A stretch of 64,000 bases of DNA from contig CM120641.1 of NCBI GenBank assembly GCA_051362555.1, positions 38,942,401 through 39,006,400 on the forward strand. Reading direction: 5' to 3'. Below the pieces are notes generated by a model. The model searched no databases, had not been told where the DNA came from, and saw nothing but the letters and a program-made list of their open reading frames with translations. The position numbers and the translations under genes were made by a program. Source of the DNA: Lingula anatina. Taxonomy: Eukaryota; Animalia; Brachiopoda. Shown here in pieces: positions 34,856-47,014 of the stretch. Position 1 is the stretch's first letter. Each line of letters begins with the position of its first letter.

Positions 34856-36679
34856 GATGCCAATTTTATGTGACTTTTTTTGAAAAAGTGCTAAGGGTGA
34901 ACACATGAACTGTATAAGAAACTAAAGAAACTAAAAAAAATAATGAAAAAATAAATGTTCCACTTGAAATAAACAATGGAGCTTAGAACTGAATGAGATT
35001 TTGTTTGTTGAAAATGATTTTATTGGTCGACTTGGTGAATACTTTGATCTTCAAAGCAATAAGAAATCAAGTTGAGGTTTCCTCTCTCATCCACGTGTAT
35101 GAATATGCTGGGGGAGCCTAAAATAAATTGATACAAAATGCAACTTCAAATAAAAGGGATTTTGAGACTTTGGTAACGTAATCATATTTGTAATTTTAAG
35201 TTCAGTGAACTATGCGTAAATAGTGTTATGTTCGCAGTGAATTAAATCGAGATAAATTCTCTTAAAGGCCTCGATACGTATTATGGCACTACGTTATGGA
35301 GTAAAAAAATTTAAAGGGGGATTAAATGCCGTCGGGCCGTGAGAAGGCAAATTACAATCAAGATAATTCTGAGTAGATTGTAGTTTTTGTAAACAGCCGT
35401 TGAGTAAGCGTGAATTGGTTAGGTCATCGCTAAAAACTGTTAGATGCTTTACCAGTAGAAGAAGGAACTCTGACCCGTACCTCGCATGCAACATCGGAAT
35501 AAGTCGGTGTCCCGAACACCGTTTGCGATCCCCAATTACCGGATGCCGCTCCAAATGATTCGTAATGAATCTGTGTACCAATCGACCGTCGAAGTTTACG
35601 GGAATCTCGACAACGACGGATAAAGCCAACACAGAGATAAGTTCCACAACAAATGAAGCTTGACACCAGCACAGCCAGGAGCCAAAACCCTGGAGAAGTA
35701 ATAACTATCCTTAATTTACAGATTATGCCTGTAAAACATTATCGTGGAAAAGTTTTTTTAAAGAAAATTATGAATGCAATAAGTTTTGAACGTCAATATG
35801 TTTTCCCCCGTCTGATTTACCTTATCAATTATCTATTGATCTTATATCGTCGTATGCAAAATATACATACACCAGTGCATATAGAAATGTTCCGGGCAGC
35901 ACCACGTCTCCTCTCCTGAGCAGCAAAAAGCTGTCATATCTGAAAGTTAAAAAAAAAAAAAGACATGCTACTGATAACTAATGTTGGGCTGCTCCCTTCT
36001 CTTATTTTTTCTATGCGTCCGTTTTTGCCTTTATTAATTAATGTATACTGACAGTCAATGAAAACACATCATTTATTTATCAAATAATATTTTAAGTTCC
36101 TTTGGAACATTAAGAAAATAAGAGTTTTCGTGTGAAATATGACCCATTATTCAGTCAAACAAGGTGACTCTCTTATGACCAAACAAGTGCATTTCTACTC
36201 GTTTATATGGTTGGAATCGATTCTCGGTAAAAAAAGTACAAGATATTTTTCTAATGCGTTTTCATTGACTGTCAGTATATTATTTATACTCATTTCTGTG
36301 GAAAGAGAGATAAGAGACTATTAATGATCACCTCCTTAATATTGACAGAAATACTCGATATTATCAAGAAAGTCATTTGATGCACAATAGGCCCACTTTT
36401 TTTGTATTTTTCCTCGTTGTTTTTACCATGATTTAAATACACTATACCATTATCTTTGGCCATGTGCCCCTTGCCATCTTTACCATTTGCCTGAAAAATG
36501 ATACTTAGTTTGTTAAAAGGGCCTATATCCTGGCGTGTTTTCTTTTACTTTTACCTTCTTTAAAATGCCTTATCGTAAAAACTGACAACGTTCAAAATGA
36601 AAAATATGCTGTGTTTTACTGGAAGTATCCAGGCAATAATTTGTCATTTGTGTTTAACGTGTTTAATCTTGGTTTGTAT

Positions 36680-37285
36680 ATGAATGATATATTTTTTCTG
36701 GTTTTTGATTTGTTAAAATTACTAAAAAAATGCCTTTCTTTCATGAATTCAAATTGCATTTTGTGGATCTGTTGTGACCAGGTTTTCTACCATTATTTCA
36801 GAAAAAATAACTCAAAAAATAATGCAATTGGGATTTTATTTCAATGTAAGATATAATGTAGATTATATGAATAGTGGTGTGTCTGAGAAATTAATATGAA
36901 AAAGTTATTTATTTTTATGTTTCCCAAATTGCCTGGTAATATTATAACACTCCTTGAAATGATTCATGATGCAGATGACTTTTTCAACAGTGTACAGTGT
37001 AGGTCCAAAATTGAACCATGAAATACTGTATTCAATGGGGAAAAATTACCAATTTTTCAGATACATTACTGTATTTAAAATCATTAAAAATATATTTCTG
37101 TGCAGCATCTGTGGTGCCTCTTCTGAATAAAGTATAACTACCATATAAAGTAGCCTGCATTTCAGTTTTGATACTACCACTCAATAGAAGTGTTTTAATT
37201 TAAAGATTTCATGATATAATGAAGTACAGTATCTGTAAAATTCACAAATTTTTCCCATTGAAAAGATAGAGTCATTACCAAATAA
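36680..37285 (+). repeat. Dispersed duplicate of LAMTOR3 intron 3 (about 48495-49118)
   Basis: About 600 bp of colinear high similarity (e.g. GTGGATCTGTTGTGACCAGGTTTTCTACCATTATTTC; GTAGGTCCAAAATTGAACCATGAAATACTGTATTCAAT). No flanking exons are copied. Confidence 0.85.
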
Positions 37286-39315
37286 TTGCGAACGCTAGAA
37301 CACTTTTAGCTGACCGAAAGTTATATTTCAAATGTAAACTGCAGTATACCCCAACATTACACCTCTTCATCTGATGGCCGTGAAAAGAAAACTATGGCGT
37401 TTTCAGATTTATCATTTATGTCAGAAAAATTCATAGCTTTCAACGTTTTGACAATGAATTGGAACACCTACAGCTAACTCCTGAAAATCTGAATTTAAAA
37501 TGTTGAAATAGCTTACCTGAACACAGTGTGTATACACAGATGCGATGAGCAAACACTGCAGATATTTTCCTACCAACTCTTGTAGCAGCAACGTTTGTGG
37601 GGGCATTTTCATAATTATAAAACAACAAATCTAAATTTCGCTTTTGAGAGTGATGCCACTGCTTAAATCACGGGTTTACTATTCTCTCAGTTTGGGCGTG
37701 CACATGGTGAGTCACATGTGCCATCTCAAAACACAGAGGACACCAAGAGGATACATGTTGGTACATGAATTGTCAGCCCGGGGGCTTCAGTCTTAGATCC
37801 ACGTGTTTATAATGAATTGCTCTCCGTTGATTTATTAGTTTTAACCAGCCCACGAGATCAACATGTAGTTACCGGTCGAGCCGCAAGTCTGTAGACCTAT
37901 TTCTTCCTTTCTCTCTCTTTTTTTCTCTTGCCGGTATGAGATCTTTCCCCCTTTTTGGGCCAAAAATCATTTGCCTAGGCGGCCCTCTGGGCCCCACGCC
38001 ATATTTTTTTTCATTTTAATGGAAGTTTCATCTCTGTTCTTGGTGATCATCCTGGTGAATATATAGGCAAACTACATGTAATTTATCCTATGATGGTACT
38101 TTTAAGTTTGACGCTACAGTAATAATGTGAAAGTTAATAATACGTCAAATTAGACGAGATTTATTGTCGGAGACCGGACACGTTATTTGCCCGTGGTCGG
38201 TTGCGAAGGGGGCATTCATTATTATCGTTATCTGTGGCAAAAAAGAACTTGCGACAAGTTAAACAAGACTTAGTGGAATTAAATAAAATCAAGAAATGCA
38301 ACAAGTGTTTTGTGATGAAGTGAAGGTTTTTATTTCTCATCATTTTATCTTTATATAATAGATTAACAAAGGCCAAAATAGATATATAATAAAATTCAAA
38401 AATTTACGTGAACTAGGCTTTAAATTTAAAATACAGAAATTTTTACATGGTTCATATACAATGGGAAGAAAATCCTGAACCTTCTACTGAAAATATAGTT
38501 TTTGTTTTGAACACATATAAATAAACAATTTTTTTCTAATTTATCACACTTAAGCACTGCAAACATTATCTCTTGAATAGTACATTACCCTATTCCAAAT
38601 ATTAAGTATAACACATTTAATACATTTCATTTTTATACAAAATTACAAGGATTGTCTTTTCTTCTAATTCTCATGGGAATACATCTTTTTAAGGACGATT
38701 GGTACGAACACAGTATTGCACAATTATTCTGGAAAAAGGCTTGATGACATAAACAGTGAATCAGTCTTTTACTGATACTCTCGCAGGCAAGGCTACATAT
38801 CACCATTCAGATCACCTGATTAAAGTAAAACATTTCATAGACACAAGCACTACTTCAAGAGATATAACTGTAAAATTCAAGCTGATAATATCCATGGAAT
38901 ACATGTCAAGTATGCCACAATTCCAATATCATCTTCAAAACAATATCAACCTTTAAAATTGATAAACCATATTTGGTTCATATATAGCCAAACAAATTTT
39001 TTAATATCCTGGCATAAACACAGTAATTTACATTGCCTATGCAGTTAATTCTTAGCATTTTGGACAGTGTTTCTAAAAATAGGTTATTATACAATGTTTC
39101 TAGGATACAATAGCATATGGCACATTTTTTGTAAAATTCTCAATATCACATTGGAGTATATTTTCAAAGCACTTGAGAACAGATCAGAGATTAAGAAATA
39201 TAAAAATAGAATGAACTGCAAATCAGTATGTTATTGTATATTGTATGCCATATACAAAGTTCTCTTAAAATAAATGACTAACATCTCGTTGAGAGATAGT
39301 TGATATATGAAAGCT

Positions 39316-42300
39316 TTATGGTTGGTATGGTGGAGCAGATGCAGGATATGGTGGTGGTTTCTGAAATAAAAAACAAGTAAAAGAGTAAAATCATCATTTT
39401 TGTGGGGTTTCATCAACAAGATCAAGTGCCATCCTTCTCTGATAGTAAAATTTCAAAGCATAATCTTTTGTTATATGTAAAATCTAGATATATGTCAATA
39501 ATAAAAATATTTTTGAATTATCCTGTTAAGTGCTTTTCTTTATCTTCATTTTCAATGATCTCCAGTTTTGATAAAAACAAAATCTGATGAACAAAATGAT
39601 ACATTTCAAAAATCAATTTCATTATGTATACTTTTTTCTTTAAAACCCACCTGCTGTGGTCCATATCCCTGTGGTTGACCCGGTAGAGAAGTGGGTTGAC
39701 CAGGATACGCTGGTGCTGCAAATACTGGGGCTCCAGCAGCACCATAGCTTGGCTGGCCCTGGACAACCACATACCTAAGGGTGGCAGCTCTGCGGCGACG
39801 ATACAACCCATAGGAGCAGCACGAAATGAGAATTAAAACAACAACCCATATCAGCCAGAACCCTACATAACAAAACGTAAAACCTGTTACATCTACTAGT
39901 ACCTGAATTATCTCATTGCATAAAAACAATTTGATTTATGTTTTTAATCTTTATGTTGACATTATAAGAAATGGTTCAAAGTTTGGGAGGTTAAATTGGT
40001 TGACTCTTTCCTTTTGAATAATTCAATTATAATATAATAAATTATTCAGATTGTATGTTAAAAGTAAACTAAAACAGTCACTCAAGTAAACTAGAGGATC
40101 AGAGAGGCGATACCGCCTCCGAATATTGTACCACCAGCTGGAGCAAGCGCATTCGTATAAACCCCCACATACACAAAATAAGGGACACAGCCACCAGTCT
40201 TGTGCTTGACAAGCTGTAAAAATGCAATCAACAAGAATTTTCAAAATATGCAAAAAACATATATGACTAAAAATGGTACAATCAAAGTTAAGTTCATCGT
40301 AAGGTAGGTCAAAGGTCAATTTCAAGGTCACAGTAAATTGCCAGTATATGACTTCTTATTCAACTTCAATAGTAACTATGGACCTATCTCTGCCAGTTTT
40401 GGAGATAAAAGGGAACCAAAATTTGCAAAGTTCAGTTCATGGTGAAAAGTAGGTCAAAGGTCAATTTCAAGGTCATATTTAGATTGCCAATATATGACTT
40501 CCTATTCAACTTCAATAGTAACTATGGACCTATCTCTGCCAGTTTTGGAGATAAAAGGGAAGCAAAATTGACAAAGTTCAGTTCATGGTGAAAAGTAGGT
40601 CAAAGGTCAATTTCAAGGTCACAGTGAGATTGCCAGTATATGACTTCCTATTCAACTTCAATAGTAACTATGGACCTATCTCTGCCAGTTTTGGAGAAAT
40701 AAGGGACTAAATGTTATAAGTTTGGAGTTACCATAATGTGCCATAAATTTCCTACAGAAGAAATTAATTAAAATAAAGAAAAGGTTATTTTGGTCAAAAT
40801 TCTTGAAATGGGGAGTGCTCCGAAGTTCCAGATGTTCAAATTTGATGAAATAATGTCATTTTTGACCACAAGTTGTCTGCTTTGCCAAGCCTTATGTTTT
40901 ATTTTTCCGGAGTTCAAAATTTATTATCCATTACCGTACTGCACATTTTGCTTTCACCACCAATATGTACCTTTTTGATACAGCGTAACTTTGGAGATAA
41001 AAGGGAAGCAAAATTTGCAAAGTTCAGTTCATGGTGAAAAGTAGGTCAAAGGTCAATTTTAAGGTCACATTCAGATTGCCAATATATGACTTCTTATTCA
41101 ACTTAATAGTAACTATGGACCTATCTCTGCCAGTTTTGGAGATAAAAGGGACGCAAAATTTGCAGAGTTCAGTTCATGGTGAAAAGTAGGTCAAAGGTCA
41201 ATTTCAAGGTCACAGTGAGATTGCCAGTATATGACTTCCTATTCAACTTCAATAGTAACTATGGACCTATCTCTGCCAGTTTTGGAGAAATAAGGGACTA
41301 AATGTTATAATTTTGGAGTTACCATAATGTGCCATAAATTTCCTACAGAAAAAATTAATTAAAATAAAGAAAAGGTCATTTTGGTCAAAATTCTTGAAAT
41401 GGGAGGTGCTCTGTAGTTCCAGATGTTCAAATTTGATGAAATAATGTCATTTTTGACCACAAGTTGTCTGCTTTGCCAAGCCTTATGTTTTATTTTTCCG
41501 GAGTTCAAAATTTATTATCCATTACCGTACTGCACATTTTGCTTTCACCACCAATATGTACTTTTTGATACAGCGTAACTTTGGAGATAAAAGGGAAGCA
41601 AAATTTGCAAAATTTAGTTCATGGTGAAAAGTAGGTCAAAGGTCAAGTTTAAGGTCACATTCAGATTGCCAGTATATGACTTCCTATTCAAGTTCAATAG
41701 TAACTATGGACCTATCTCTGCCAGTTTTGGAGATAAAAGGGAAGCAAAATTTGCAAAGTTCAGTTCTTGGTGAAAAGTAGGTCAAAGGTCAATTTCAAGG
41801 TCACATTTAGATTGCCAATATATGACTTCCTATTCAAGTTCAATAGTAACTATGGACCTATCTCTGCCAGTTTTGGAGATAAAAGGGAAGCAAAATTTGC
41901 AAAGTTCAGTTCATGGTGAAAAGTAGGTCAAAGGTCAATTTCAAAGTCACATTTAGATTGCCAGTATATGACTTCCTATTCATGTTCAATAGCAACTATG
42001 GACCTATCTCTGCCAGTTTTGGAGATAAAAGGGAAGCAAAATTTGCAAAGTTCAGTTCATGATGAAAAGTAGGTCAAAGGTCAATTTCAAGGTCACATTC
42101 AGATTGCCAGTATATGACTTCCTATTCAACTTCAATAGTAACTATGGACCTATCTCTGCCAGTTTTGGAGATAAAAGGGAAGCAAAATTTGCAAAGTTCA
42201 GTTCATGGTGAAAAGTAGGTCAAAGGTCAATTTTAAGGTCACATTTAGATTGCCATTATATGACTTCCTATTCAACTTCAGTAGTAACTATGGACCTATC

Positions 42301-45300
42301 TCAGCCAGTTTTGGAGATAAAAGGGAAGCAAAATTTGCAATGTTCAGTTCATGGTAAAAAGTAGGTCAAAGGTCAATTTGAAGGTCACATTTAGATTGCC
42401 AGTATATGACTTCCTATTCAAGTTCAATAGTAACTATGGACCTATCTCTGCCAGTTTTGGAGACAAAAGGGAAGCAAAATTTGCAAAGTTCAGTTCATGG
42501 TGAAAAGTAGGTCAAAGGTCAATTTTAAGGTCACATTTAGATTGCCAGTATATGACTTCCTATTCAAGTTCAATAGTAACTATGGACCTATCTCTGCCAG
42601 TTTTGGAGATAAAAGGAAAGCAAAATTTGCGAAGTTCAGTTCATGGTGAAAAGTAGGTCAAAGGTCAATTTTAAGGTCACATTTATATTGCCAGTATATG
42701 ACTTCCTATTCAAGTTCAATAGTAACTATGGACCTATCTCTGCCAGTTTTGGAGATAAAAGGAAAGCAAAATTTGCAAAGTTCAGTTCATGGTGAAAAGT
42801 AGGTCAAAGGTCAATTTTAAGGTCACATTTATATTGCCAGTATATGACTTCCTATTCAAGTTCAATAGTAACTATGGACCTATCTCTGCTAGTTTTGGAG
42901 ATATAAGGGACTAAATGTTATAATTTTGGAGTTACCATAATGTGCCTTAAATTTCGTACAGAAAAAATTAATTAAAATAAAGAAAATGTCATTTTGGTCA
43001 AAATTCTTGAAATAGGAGGTGCTCTGAAGTTTCAGAAGTTCAAGTTTGATGAAATAATGTCATTTTTGAACACAAGTTGTCTGCTTTGCCAAGCCTTATG
43101 TTTTATTTTTCCAGAGTTCAAAATTTATTATCCATTACCGTACTGCACATTTTGCTTTTACCACCAATATGTACTTTTCGATACAGCGTAACTCGAAAAC
43201 CGTATGGAATACAAAAAAACCGAGACCACCTCCAGTATTGGGCTTTACATGCAAAGTTCAGTTCATGGTGAAAAGTAGGTCAAAGGTCAATTTTAAGGTC
43301 ACATTTATATTGCCAGTATATGACTTCCTATTCAAGTTCAATAGTAACTATGGACCTATCTCTGCCAGTTTTGGAGATAAAACGGAAGCAAAATTTGCAA
43401 AGTTCAGTTCATGGTGAAAAGTAGGTCAAAGGTCAATTTTAAGGTCACATTTAGATTGCCAGTATATGACTTCCTATTCAAGTTCAATAGTAACTATGGA
43501 CCTATCTCTGCCAGTTTTGGAGATAAAACGGAAGAAAAATTTGCAAAGTTCAGTTCATGGTGAAAAGTAGGTCAAAGGTCAATTTTAAGGTCACATTTAG
43601 ATTGCCAGTATATGACTTCCTATTCAAGTTCAATAGTAACTACGGACCTATCTCAGCCAGTTTTGGAGATAAAAGGAAAGCAAAATTTGCAAAGTTCAGT
43701 TCATGGTGAAAAGTAGGTTAAAGGTCAATTTTAAGGTCACATTTAGATTGCCAGTATATGACTTCCTATTCAAGTTCAATAGTAACTATGGACCTATCTC
43801 TGCCAGTTTTGGAGATAAAAGGGAAGAAAAATTTGCAAAGTTCAGTTCATGGTGAAAAGTAGGTCAAAGGTCAATTTTAAGGTCACATATAGATTGCCAG
43901 TATATGACTTCCTATTCAAGTTCAATAGTAACTATGGACCTATCTCTGCCAGTTTTGGAGATAAAAGGGAAGAAAAATTTGCAAAGTTCAGTTCATGGTG
44001 AAAAGTAGGTCAAAGGTCAATTTTAAGGTCACATATAGATTGCCAGTATATGACTTCCTATTCAAGTTCAATAGTAACTATGGACCTATCTCTGCCAGTT
44101 TTGGAGATAAAAGGAAAGCAAAATTTGCAAAGTTCAGTTCATGGTGAAAAGTAGGTCAAAGGTCAATTTTAAGGTCACATATAGATTGCCAGTATATGAC
44201 TTCCTATTCAACTTCAATAGTAACTACAGACCTATCTCTGCCAGTTTTGGAGATATAAGGGACTAAATGTTATAATTTTGGAGTTACCATAATGTGCCTT
44301 AAATTTCGTACAGAAAAAATTAATTAAAATAAAGAAAATGTCATTTTGGTCAAAATTCTTGAAATAGGAGGTGCTCTGAAGTTTCAGAAGTTCAAATTTG
44401 ATGAAATAATGTCATTTTTGAACACAAGTTGTCTGCTTTGCCAAGCCTAATGTTTTATTTTTCCAGAGTTCAAAATTTATTATCCATTACCGTACTGCAC
44501 ATTTTGCTTTTACCACCAATATGTACTTTTTGATACAGCGTAACTCGAAAACCGTATGGAATACAAAAAAACCGAGACCACCTCCAGTGTTGGGCTTTAC
44601 ATGCTCTACAAAATGCAAAAAAGAATGGGTCTCTAGCATTAACGGTTCCCGAATTAGAGACAGTTTTCAGTTTCGGTATCTTATGGCCGCTACTCCCGTG
44701 AAAATGCACCGATTGACCCCAAATTCATGGAGATGAAAGATGACCTGAAGGGTAACACTTTCCAATAATATTATTGGTTAAGTCTGTGTGGTGTCTGAAT
44801 AACAGGGCAAAAAAATTTTTTTTCGTAAAAAATTTCATTTTTTTGAAAATTTTGGCCCATTTGACCTTGAAGTAAAGGTCAAAGGTCAAATCCAAGGGTA
44901 TATTTGAAATCTACACATATGACTTTTGGAAAGCCGTCTATAGAAATTTTTCCCATAACTCCTTCCGTAGGGTAGATAATTAGCATTTAATTTTGCCATT
45001 TTTAGACAAGGGTGCATTGCAATGAGTGCCACACCCAGACCCCAATACCGACAAAGCCCAAATTTTACGTGGAACGAGTTGAGATTATAGGTGACCTAAA
45101 TCCATGAGATGGGTATGGGGGGCCTTACCGTCTAGGAGGAGAAGCGGTAACGGTAGCCGTCCGGCGGAGCCGGCGGAGCCGGCGGAACGATCCGGACGAG
45201 ACCGAAACCATGTGTACCGCCAGCGCTAACGCTGGTGGTACAAATAACTTTGTTAAAATTTCTATAGTACTTACACCACACTGAGTAGAAATAAATTGTG

Positions 45301-45416
45301 CTGCAACACCCATAATCATATTCACAACAGTACTGGTCTCCATCTGGAAGAAAAAACAAATCAATACAGATCATTCTTGTGCACAACAAAAGCATGTCTT
45401 ATTTTTCCTCTCTAAA

Positions 45417-45448
<32 letters not shown>

Positions 45449-46352
45449 CCCCAAGTGCACACAAAAATGATAGTTATATGCTATGAATAATTTCAGTAAT
45501 AGCTTATCAATTACAAATATAGATGCATTTTTTTTAAATAAATGGATTCCATTTTTTATTTGTAAGGTTCCTTGTTTAAAAGAACTTTCATTTTATTCAT
45601 TAAAATGCGTACAAATATAAATCAGACCTTTCAAATAAAGACTTACAACAATATGTTCCATCGACACATGTAATAGCTTATCAATTACAAATATAGATGC
45701 ATTTTTTTTAAATAAATGGATTCCATTTTTTATTTGTAAGGTTCCTTGTTTAAAAGAACTTTCATTTTATTCATTAAAATGTGTACAAATATAAATCAGA
45801 CCTTTCAAATAAAGACTTACAACAATATGTTCCATCGACACATGTCTCGGCCTAGTAGAAAGAAGGGCATAATTAATGTATAAAATGAAATAAAAATTTT
45901 TTAATTCAATACAATAAAATTAAAAGCAAGTAGAAAATTTCTGGAAAGAGGATATCTTTCAGACTGCAAAAAGCATTTTTAATATGTCTTTATTAGAGAA
46001 TTTACACTACATATAGTACAGATTAATACTCATATAATATTTGGAAGAATATAGAGCAAACAATTAACACAATTTCCATTGAAAATATTTTGTGTCAAAT
46101 TACCATTTGTGATCTAATGTCAATTTAAAACAAAGCGTACTTAATGCAATGCTGGCTTGCACCTAGATCAGTGAGAGGATATATAAATAAACACATTATT
46201 AAATGATCATAACAATACACCTAACCATCTACTAGTAAATGTAAATCTTCAACAAGTATCATTATAAACAGCCAACAGAAATAAATAAATATAAACATCT
46301 GGACTGTTGCAGTGTGAATTGCAATTGACTGAGGTATACATTGTATATCCCC

Positions 46353-46408
<56 letters not shown>

Positions 46409-46751
46409 GTATTTTCTGACAAATTTAATAGAATCGTCTTACGAACGCCATAATTAACTATACATTTACCTTATTAAGACTAGTTAATGGCTAGACCTAA
46501 ATTTCAACTAAAGAAAGAAATTTCATAACATGCAATACTTATAGCACGATAAACTTTATGATAAAGTGCAGAATTTTTAATACACATGTACAAGTAGAGA
46601 CTAAAGTTAACCTTCATGATCATCCACCCAAATATGTTTTAATACTTATTTCAAGATATCCATTGAAGTCAAAGAAGAGACTTACATGCACCAAGCCGAA
46701 AACATACACCAGGAAGAAAAGAGACACGCACTTCAATGCCGTTTCAGCCAT
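39316..46751 (-). CDS. WBP1/VOPP1-like (Shisa-like, six-Cys) single-pass membrane protein, 140 aa, 5 exons
   Basis: Exons (minus) 46686-46751, 45821-45851, 45275-45343, 39651-39862 and 39316-39360. Signal peptide MAETALKCVSLFFLVYVFGLVHA; ectodomain ETCVDGTYCYGDQYCCEYDYGCCSTIYFYSV (C-C-CC-CC); TM WWFWLIWVVVLILISCCSYGL; RRRR stop-transfer; Pro/Gln/Tyr tail ending KPPPYPASAPPYQP (PPxY). Confidence 0.85.
40088..45247 (-). mobile_element. Non-autonomous Helentron-type (HINE/DINE-1-like) element, about 5.2 kb, in intron 3 of the WBP1-like gene
   Basis: Sub-terminal inverted repeats TTGTACCACCAGC (40126-40138) / GCTGGTGGTACAA (45231-45243). Hairpin TGTACCGCCAGCG...CGCTGGTGGTACA at the right end with a (CCGGCGGAG)n minisatellite beside it. 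Stem-loop GAGGCG-ATAC-CGCCTC (40104-40119) and CTAG at the left end. A-rich junctions, no TSD, central tandem array. Confidence 0.8.
40300..44600. repeat. 146-bp satellite array (21 units counted) interrupted by four copies of a 300-350-bp block
   Basis: Unit GGTGAAAAGTAGGTCAAAGGTCAATTTYAAGGTCACA...AAGTTCAGTTCAT; period 146 (40441 to 40587). Organisation 3-B-2-B-9-B'-7-B'. Confidence 0.95.
45496..45845. repeat. 174-bp near-perfect tandem duplication including a 5'-truncated copy of WBP1-like exon 2
   Basis: GTAATAGCTTATCAATTAC starts at both 45496 and 45670. The extra copy keeps the exon-2 donor but lacks its acceptor. Confidence 0.9.
46352..46407. repeat. (TAA)n microsatellite
   Basis: Pure AAT run. 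Confidence 0.9.
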
Positions 46752-47014
46752 TTTAGATCTCAGGAATGTCACATGATCTAGGAGCAATCCTTTATTTGGG
46801 TTTTATTGTGAAATTGATAATTTTGCTTGAAGAACATTTTTCAATATTTTCACAATCAGTATTATGAATGAATCGAAATAATATACTTAAAATAATAAAG
46901 GAGATTTCAGTCATGAGGTTAGATTTTAGTTTATTATATCTGTCAACATGTAAAAATTCACAATAATTTCTCCGAAGATGAAGAACTCTTTAGTTTAAGG
47001 AGATAATAAAAACC

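Noticed and set aside
35260-35920. GC-richer segment with ORFs of 80-117 aa downstream of RACK1
   Set aside because: No recognisable protein motif, splice structure or matched termini. Probably a repeat fragment, but I cannot support a call.
40300-44600. Regular repeat array resembling CRISPR, and repeated ORFs within it (40790, 42994, 43169, 44521)
   Set aside because: Units are contiguous near-identical 146-mers with no unique spacers and no cas genes, in a eukaryotic intron. The ORFs are by-products of the repeat.
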